Assembly (NCBI GenBank): GCA_964016885.1
Contig: OZ024753.1
Coordinates: forward strand, 42,470,001-42,534,000
Source: Eledone cirrhosa
Taxonomy: Eukaryota
Reading direction: 5' to 3'
Length of the DNA: 64,000 nucleotides
Below are positions 55,846 through 64,000 of the stretch, piece after piece. Made by a program: the position numbers and the translations under genes. Under the pieces are notes generated by a model, which was not told the origin of the DNA, made no database searches, and worked only from the letters and a program-made list of their open reading frames with translations. Each line of letters starts with the position of its first letter. The stretch's first letter is position 1.

Positions 55846-57195
55846 GCGGGGGTTTTTCATTAACAGTAAACAGCAATTACAGTAAATTTATATTCAGCCA
55901 ACGTATATTTCTTCCTATTCAGTGAACGGTAGCCATCGAACATCTCCTGCAATTAGCGTTAACTTTCTCTTCGTTTGATTGTAAGTACTTTAGAAGATTT
56001 CATGGCGTCATCTCATATATAAACAATGGATGTTAAGGAAATGTAAAACTTCGATCATTGTATACTTGCAGCCATTCCTTGTTGCCATTTATTACATGCG
56101 TATCGATCAGTGAGTCTGGGAAGGGCGTCTGATCAATACTGACCAAGTATTTCGACTAACATAAGTCGAACATCTCGGGTCCCAAATAATAGTAACGGGA
56201 ATGGGGTTGGATGGAGGTGATGGAATAAGTGGTGGGAGGTTGGAAAATCGCTAATTTTTCTTTCTAGGTTGTCTCCTTTGATTTAAAAAAACCCAGAACT
56301 GGTGGTTTAGTTTACATATTGAGAAATCCAACACATTCTATTTATTTTATAACGTATGGGATTTCTAGGTTGTCTCCTTTGATTTTTAAAAAACCAGAAC
56401 TGGTCGTTTAGTTTACATTCTATTTATTTTATTAACGTATGAGATTTCTAGTACCCTACTTCTTTTGTCATGTAAAATGTTTTTTTTTTTTTTTATGTAT
56501 AAAGAAAATTAATTGTTGCAGGAATCCTACTACTTAAAATAATAGTTCGCAGGAGTGTAAAACAACCCCTCCTAAAAAAACAATAACAAAACAAACTTAC
56601 TGGAGGTTTGGATTAGTTACAGCTGGTTACTGACAGGTGGAAGTGAGTCAATATGGCAAAAATAACCCGGACATTTCCTGCTAATGTTTCCTGGCACCGG
56701 TGGAAAGTGCCGGAAGGGGCTGAAATCTATGAAATCTCTTCAGTCAACAACTGTAAAACTTTCCATGTTGTCTGTCCATTACTGCACATATGTAATTAGT
56801 TAGCAAACACCGCCCCAATATCTCTCCATCTCCCGGTGTAGACACCTAAACATAAACATACCTCTACAGAAGATATCTGTTGATTGATGTTCGTACGTGC
56901 AGGTCCCCTTGTCTAGCTTTAAATCTGTGTACACACACATGCGCAGACACACACACATGCTCACGCACACCGACACACACACACATGCTCACACACACAT
57001 GCTCACACATACACAGACACATGCTCACACTCACACATGCTCAGACACACAGACACACACATGCTCACACACACACAGACACACACACACTCACACAGAC
57101 ACATAGATAGCTGCACAGAGAGACAGACACATACACACATACATAGATAGACACACACACACACACACACACATACACACAGGCATAGATAGACA

Positions 57196-57250
<55 letters not shown>

Positions 57251-58157
57251 CTGTGTATAATGCATTTCTTTGTGTGTGCAATGGTTTGAGTATAGTAAGA
57301 CTGCTATACACGAAGACAAAAGTGTAGGGGGGAGGGGGTGGGGTGGATAAATTACATCCTTATATATAACACCACCCCGGAGTGCAGCCATGTCTATGTA
57401 ACACTTTTATTAACTTGTACCATGTTACCCATTAAAGTCTCCATTTTAGACATATTTCACTACGATATTCGCGTTAACACAACTCGATGTTTAGTCATTT
57501 CTGTAGGAATATAGAGTTATTATCAACACATATTTACAATCTTGCTATTTGAAAGAAATGAAAGCTCAGTAAATATTTTTAAAATCGTCTACGTGTGCAT
57601 ATGTAACACGACCCCCTCATCTCCTTTGCTCTTAATTTTTACTTCAAAATGTCTTGTATTATACACGAGAAAATAGCGGTAATTGATGACAAAATAACGT
57701 AAATGATTTTTTTTTTGTAAATAGATAGCTGCTACTAAACACGAGACTCCATGTTAAGAAAACGGAAATCTTCTCGAATGATCGGAAGTATTTTGTTGAG
57801 TGTAAGCTCCACTGACGTTGACAATATTGACTTGGAATAGCTCAGGAAACTGTTTCAAATCTGTTTGAATACTGAAACCTGTGTAAATAATACATTGGGA
57901 TTATTTAATGTTTCAGCTAGATTAACTTTCAGTCAACAGTTGAAGAAATGTTTTGAAATGTTGATGTCGATAGCTTTTGTGTGTGTGTGTTTTTTATATA
58001 TATATATTTTTTATGGGAAAGGTAGGAACTAAGCTGCCGAATTGTCGGTAAAACGGCAGAATGGTAGAACGACAGAATGGTAGAATGACAGAAGAGTAGA
58101 ATGGTAGAATGACAATCGTCACACATTAGATTCTCGCAACTGCAATCAATGAGATGG

Positions 58158-58234
<77 letters not shown>

Positions 58235-58488
58235 CTCTCTCTCTCTCTCTCTCCCCCTCTCTGTCTCTCTCTCTACCTCCTCTCTCTATCTCTATATATA
58301 TATAGTAATTATAATAAATGTGAAGACTAAAATCCAAAGAGGGCTTGATAAGGATAAATATATATCAAATATAAAAGAACTCTAGAGCAAAATATTTATT
58401 AAAATAGCAGATTAAAGTTTAAGCATATATTTAATATATATATATATATATATATGAATATAGGGAGAAAAAGACGATTATTAGGAAG

Positions 58489-58539
<51 letters not shown>

Positions 58540-58545
<6 letters not shown>

Positions 58546-58598
58546 AAGGAAAAGCGAAGTAGTTTCAGATGTTCAAGTCCTTAAATAATAATGCTGTG

Positions 58599-58600
<2 letters not shown>
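58540..58600 (-). mobile_element. Family E fragment
   Basis: Reverse complement of 29923-29990. Confidence 0.85.
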
Positions 58601-58631
<31 letters not shown>

Positions 58632-58749
58632 TATAATGTTTGTGTGTGTGGTCTATGTAAAAAATATGTTAAGATTGTAAGTTTCAACTTAAAGGAATAG
58701 AAGGAACAACTGTGGAGGTACGGAGAATGGGAGTCAGTATAGTGTATGG

Positions 58750-59210
58750 GGGTGTGTTGAATGTTTGCTGCTATGGACTAATTCGGGGTGTGTGATGTTT
58801 TCCATAGACAAGGGAGGTCATTGTCAAAAAAATAGTTTGCTATGTCTTTCAAACCTATCAAAATATGAATATTTTCTGCTGTACAAGGTTGACATTTCTT
58901 GAACCATTAAAATAAATAGTCTGCATTGTTTTATAATCTTCGGTTTGATCTCATATTCAGGGATGAGCTTCTTCAGCTCTTATATGTGGAATGCTAGCGT
59001 AGTTTTGATTTGCTTATCAGTGTATGAGAAGGACGTACTCTATTTAAACAAAACATTGCTTAAATTTCCGCTTAACATACCTATATAAAGTTTCTGTGTG
59101 GCTTTGCGTGCTATAGTTTAGGTCACTTTAACCTCATGATTTTCTGGAAAATGTTTGTCGAGTCTTCTAGAGCATGGAATTGTTTGCCTATATTTTATCT
59201 TAACGTTAAA
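58750..59210 (-). pseudogene. Decayed Penelope-like linker and GIY-YIG endonuclease
   Basis: Broken frames give NVK..NIGKQFHAL..LDKHFPENHE, KLYIGM, TTLAFHI*ELKK..YEIKPKIIKQC, YFNGSR / KCQPCTAEN, PELVHSSKH; matches recalled PLE C-terminal motifs. Confidence 0.7.
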
Positions 59211-59214
59211 TATA

Positions 59215-60645
59215 TTTCTGCTTATCAATTTCTATTTTGGCTGACATCGAAATAGGACTGATAAGCAATATTTTTTTTTTTTACGAAAAAAAAAATCAAT
59301 ATCAAAATTTGCAAGGAAACTAGGAAACAAGAGCCAGAATAGTTTAGTTATTATCCGGTTGAAATATATCAAACACCTAAGGTTAAATTCACACAGTTTG
59401 ATATCGTAAATTTCTGTCTTTCTCTTTCCTAGATATTGATAAGGAATTGGCCAGGAGATACACTTCCAAAGCCAGTGTATATTCAGAAAGTATTATGAAC
59501 GCTTGTAAGTCCTTCCTCCGAGATACACTTACAAAGGCAGTGTAGATTCAGAAAGTATTATGAACGCCTGTAAGGCCTTCCTCCGAGATACACTTACAAA
59601 GGCAGTGTAGATTCAGAAAGTATTATGAACGCCTGTAAGTCCTTCCTCCGAGATACACTTACAAAGGCAGTGTAGATTCAGAAAGTATTATGAACGCCTG
59701 TAAGTCCTTCCTCCGAGATACACTTACAAAGCCAGTGTATATTCAGAAAGTATTATGAACGCCTGTAAGTCCTTCCTCCGAGATACACTTACAAAGGCAG
59801 TGTAGATTCAGAAAGTATTATGAACGCCTGTAAGGCCTTCCTCCGAGATACACTTACAAAGGCAGTGTAGATTCAGAAAGTATTATGAACGCCTGTAAGT
59901 CCTTCCTCCGAGATACACTTACAAAGGCAGTGTAGATTCAGAAAGTATTATGAACGCCTGTAAGTCCTTCCTCCGAGATACACTTACAAAGGCAGTGTAG
60001 ATTCAGAAAGTATTATGAACGCCTGTAAGGCCTTCCTCCGAGATACACTTACAAAGGCAGTGTAGATTCAGAAAGTATTATGAACACCTGTAAGGCCTTC
60101 CTCCGAGATACACTTACAAAGGCAGTGTAGATTCAGAAAGTATTATGAACGCCTGTAAGGCCTTCCTCCGAGATACACTTACAAAGGCAGTGTAGATTCA
60201 GAAAGTATTATGAACGCCTGTAAGTCCTTCCTCCGAGATACACTTACAAAGGCAGTGTAGATTCAGAAAGTATTATGAACGCCTGTAAGTCCTTCCTCCG
60301 AGATACACTTACAAAGGCAGTGTAGATTCAGAAAGTATTATGAACGCCTGTAAGGCCTTCCTCCGAGATACACTTACAAAGGCAGTGTAGATTCAGAAAG
60401 TATTATGAACGCCTGTAAGGCCTTCCTCCGAGATACACTTACAAAGGCAGTGTAGATTCAGAAAGTATTATGAACGCCTGTAAGTCCTTCCTCCGAGATA
60501 CACTTACAAAGGCAGTGTAGATTCAGAAAGTATTATGAACGCCTGTAAGGCCTTCCTCCGAGATACACTTACAAAGGCAGTGTAGATTCAGAAAGTATTA
60601 TGAACGCCTGTAAGGCCTTCCTTCCTCTCAGAACTCAGCATGGAA
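59215..60645 (+). pseudogene. Decayed Penelope-like reverse transcriptase fragment, interrupted by a tandem amplification
   Basis: EIGLIS (59249-66), KFTQFDIVNFCLS (about 59385-59423; FDIxxFYPS motif), LARRYT..IMNACKSFL, SQNSAW after the array. Confidence 0.6.
59456..60620. repeat. 65 bp tandem array, about 18 near-identical copies
   Basis: AGATACACTTACAAAGGCAGTGTAGATTCAGAAAGTATTATGAACGCCTGTAAG(T/G)CCTTCCTCCG. Confidence 0.97.
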
Positions 60646-61014
60646 TATTGTATTTCTTAACAGCTGAAAACTGTGTACTGCCGGGTAACATATTCATATT
60701 CGGGGTTTAAACATCTTTTAATATAATTCACACACTGTGTTATTACTGATTGCCCGTCCCCTCCGGAACTTCAAAAATATGCTCACTAAATTAAATAACA
60801 AATTAAATAACAAATAACACACACGCTCACACGTACATATACATACATACATACATACATATACATACATACATATATATACATACATAAATATATATAT
60901 ATATGTATATATATATACTTAATACATGCATACTGTCGACTCTAATAATGCATTGAGCTTTACGCACCTTACCAACAAGTAATAGTGAATTATTTCACTA
61001 TATTTATATAAATA

Positions 61015-61571
61015 TACTAGCAGTGGTACCCGGCGTTGCACGGGATAAGGTATTTTGGAACGCGGGCCGCCAACAGACCTAATCGTGGAAAAACTGCATG
61101 CCTGGACAATATGTAAAGAAAATAAACCGAATACTCTGATGGCTGGATAATCTTTAAGATTTTTCTCGATGAAGCAGGAAAAAATGCAGGTGTTCACCTA
61201 ATGCGGGCCATAGGGGATAATAAAATAATTTTTTTTTATGTGCACAATATGCCTTGAAATTTCGGGAAAATCGGCTAGACGTAACGCCTCCAAAAAGCCC
61301 TAAAAAGCTGAAAAAATGAAGTTTTTCACCTAATGCGGGCCCTAGGCCATAAAAAAGTTGGATTTTCTTTGCTCACGGTATGAAGAAGAGACTGACTAAT
61401 ACATAGTTACAATTTCAAGGAAATCGGTCTGACGTAACGCATCAAAAAACCCCTAAAAACCTGAAAAAACGCAGTTTTTCACCTAATGTTAAATTTTTTA
61501 TGTGCATAACAATCCCTGAAACATAAGTATTATATGTGTAAAGTTTGAAAACAGTCGGTTGGGTGCTTCTC
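61015..61571 (+). mobile_element. Helentron/DINE-like non-autonomous element
   Basis: Starts TACTAGCAGTGGTACCCGGCGTTGCACGGG (subterminal hairpin); ~140 bp internal repeats (TTCACCTAATG x3, AATTTC..AAATCGG); class assignment from recall. Confidence 0.55.
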
Positions 61572-61860
61572 AGTAGATGGTTAAGATTCAGTCATGGTAG
61601 ACTACCATGACTGAATCTTAACCATCTACTATGTCAGGGTATGTCATGTATCATTTTATTTTATCTGATGAGGACGTACTGTTGAAGTTAACTCAGTACC
61701 TCTGAAATAGGTATAATAAAATATACTTGATCACAAGAATATCTATTTTGTTAATATTTTGAATTAATATTAATAACTCTGGAAAACCATTACTGTTGAG
61801 TGCTTCCAATCTATTGTAAAACTCATTCTTTGATTTATTCATTGAACCTTGTTTAACTTT

Positions 61861-61862
<2 letters not shown>
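61572..61862 (+). mobile_element. Family I hammerhead element with terminal 59 bp perfect palindrome
   Basis: Palindrome 61572-61630 centred on 61601; hammerhead; ACTC..CTG-TT-GAGT hairpin 61776-61801; ends in (TA)n. Confidence 0.85.
61657..61723 (+). ncRNA. Type I hammerhead ribozyme with minimal stem III
   Basis: Perfect stem I TATTTTAT/ATAAAATA; CTGATGA 61665-71; stem II GGA/TCT + GTACTG/CAGTAC; GAAA-T-AGGT-A-TA; predicted cut after 61715. Confidence 0.8.
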
Positions 61863-61910
<48 letters not shown>

Positions 61911-61928
61911 GAAATGAAATGAATTTAG

Positions 61929-61998
<70 letters not shown>

Positions 61999-62782
61999 TG
62001 TGTATGTGCATTTATGAATATATAAAGTATGTATAAGTGGAATACTAAGTAGTTTACTATGAAACATAGTAGAAGCCATAAATATGTGAATAACTCTAAC
62101 GGAGTAGTGTTTAACACAGACTCTCTGTCGCCCCCCCCCCCCCCTCTTACACTATCTCATTTCTCTCACCGACCTACTCTTTCTCTCTCATCTCTCTCAG
62201 CTACTCCCTCTCTCTCTCTCACCGACTCTTTCTCTCCCACTCTCTCTCTCACACATCATTTAGTCTCCAGAACAACAAACAAAACATGTCAGATTGTTTG
62301 CAGGATATTGGAGGCAATTAAATTCCAGACAAAAAAATGACATATATTTGAATGGAATTAGCATATTTGAAATTATTATTGGTTTTTCTTCTTATTTTAT
62401 TAATTTGTAATTTTAATTAAGTAGAAGTTTCATTTTAATAAATGATCATCTCAACAACTTTTAATATTTAATTTGGAATGAAAAATATATCGTCTAAAAT
62501 ATGTATCTATGACATTTCCTGGTTTTGTGGAAATTATTTTACACAATGTCAGCCACTGAACATCTGTTGCTATTATTAATTAATTCATGAAATTACTTTA
62601 TATCAGCGGTTTCCAATATAAGGCCCGGAATATCTTTGGAATTAGAGACCCGTAGAGGTAGACCTGGGGTCCGTGAATAAAATATGTTCAAAATTTTAAA
62701 GTACTTTGTCATAAATATAACATACATATACTATTGGGTATATATATATTGGGTATATTTATTTTTCTGTAACCATTTAGAT

Positions 62783-62928
62783 CAGACATGAACACCCTTT
62801 TTCGAGCAGTGGACCGTATACGGGGTGGCTCTTTATAAGGCGGGCCGCGCTATTAAAAAATTCAAGGCAATTTTGAAATTAGGCGTGCCATTCTGAAAGC
62901 CAAACAGGCCGCAGTTTGCCCATGACTG
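62783..62928. mobile_element. hAT-type MITE with 8 bp target-site duplication
   Basis: ATTTAGAT on both sides (62775-82, 62929-36); ends CAGACATG / CATGACTG. Confidence 0.8.
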
Positions 62929-64000
62929 ATTTAGATGTTAACACAGCCAAACCCGACCCTGGTCGCATGGAACCAAATCACAAATTATAAAGGGATCCTA
63001 TTTATATAAAAAATCTTCCAACCCCAATTTATATAAAAACCATAGTTTAAGTTGCTATCTTAGTAACGAAATAATAAACGTAGTCTCCTGATATTCTTAG
63101 TTAAACCGAAATACAGTGTTCCTATTTAAGTTAAAATATTCCAATATAATTTTATGTGACTATCTGCAGTAATGACATAATTAATAATTGTAGTAAATCC
63201 CTAAAAAAAAAATTAATTAATTAATTGAAATAGAGTGGCATGGATGGACCAAAGGGTTTTAAGCTGCTTATAAAAAAACGAAATACACTGTTAAAGGGGA
63301 CACAAGGGGAAAGGAAAAGAGAAAGAAAAAAGAATTAAGCAACGAAAGAGAGAGTGTGTGTGTGTGGGGGGGGGGGGGGGGCAGACATGACAGCTTAATC
63401 TGAGCGGTGTTTCAGTGGCATAGATGAACCGTTGAATCAGCACATGATAGAGATAAGACCCGAATTTATGATCCTTCACTTAAGTCACTATCGTCTGTAA
63501 GGTTATTCCAATTTCTCGATAGAAAAATTCTTTTAAATAAAAAAAAAAAAAAAAGTGTGGATGATAAATTAATTCAACTGGTGTCAGTTGATATAAATGA
63601 AATAAATCTCTTACATAACGAAACATAAATTAATAGTTCAGTTTTGACTGCAGTTAAAAAAAGTCTCAGTTTTGTTCATTTAATGTATCGTCACCAGATT
63701 GTTATTTGAGTTGCAAATTCCGTTTTTTATTTTTTAAAATATATCCTACAGTGATTGCAGCTCCTATTACTAACGTTGTATGGCAGGGAACGTTAAAATA
63801 TTTCTGATATTCTTGGTTTACTGGCATAAGAGGGAGTCATTAAATGGATCAATAGTAATATTGAGATCTGTAGCTCCCTTTCCTATGACAACCACAAACA
63901 GGAAGAGTTACTCACAGTGAATAACTTCAAAGTTTTCTACGCCACCCCTAAAATTCTTTTAATCGTTTTTTTTTTTAAAAACAAAATTCGTTCGGTTTAT

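Noticed and set aside
59456-60620. CRISPR-like array
   Set aside because: No unique spacers, no cas genes, eukaryotic context; plain tandem repeat
62050-62110. GAAACATAGTAGAAGCC and ACTCTAACGGAGT resembling the system
   Set aside because: No catalytic core, no second copy, hairpin too weak

Overview
Eukaryotic, AT-rich, extremely microsatellite-rich non-coding DNA. A cephalopod (octopus-like) origin is inferred from the SINE types and repeat landscape, not proven. No intact host gene is visible; at most one candidate signal-peptide exon at 4775-4850. Almost all ORF-track entries are translations of (TA)n/(CA)n/(GA)n repeats. The window holds tRNA-derived SINEs, two mariner remnants (one Hsmar2-like), Tc1/mariner and hAT MITEs, an R4/Dong-type LINE 3' fragment in (TAA)n, a Helentron/DINE-like element, many minisatellites, and a decayed Penelope-like element (PLE) with inverted RT and GIY-YIG parts. 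The main signal is more than 20 short (90-450 bp) non-coding elements of at least 9 sequence-unrelated families, nearly all embedded in (TA)n. They share one architecture: inverted copy + type I hammerhead ribozyme (or its 3' half) + a covarying RCUC-stem-loop-stem-2nt bulge-GAGY hairpin + short tail. This looks like a (TA)n-targeted, PLE-mobilised retrozyme-like system. All structures and translations were read by eye and coordinates are approximate to a few bases.
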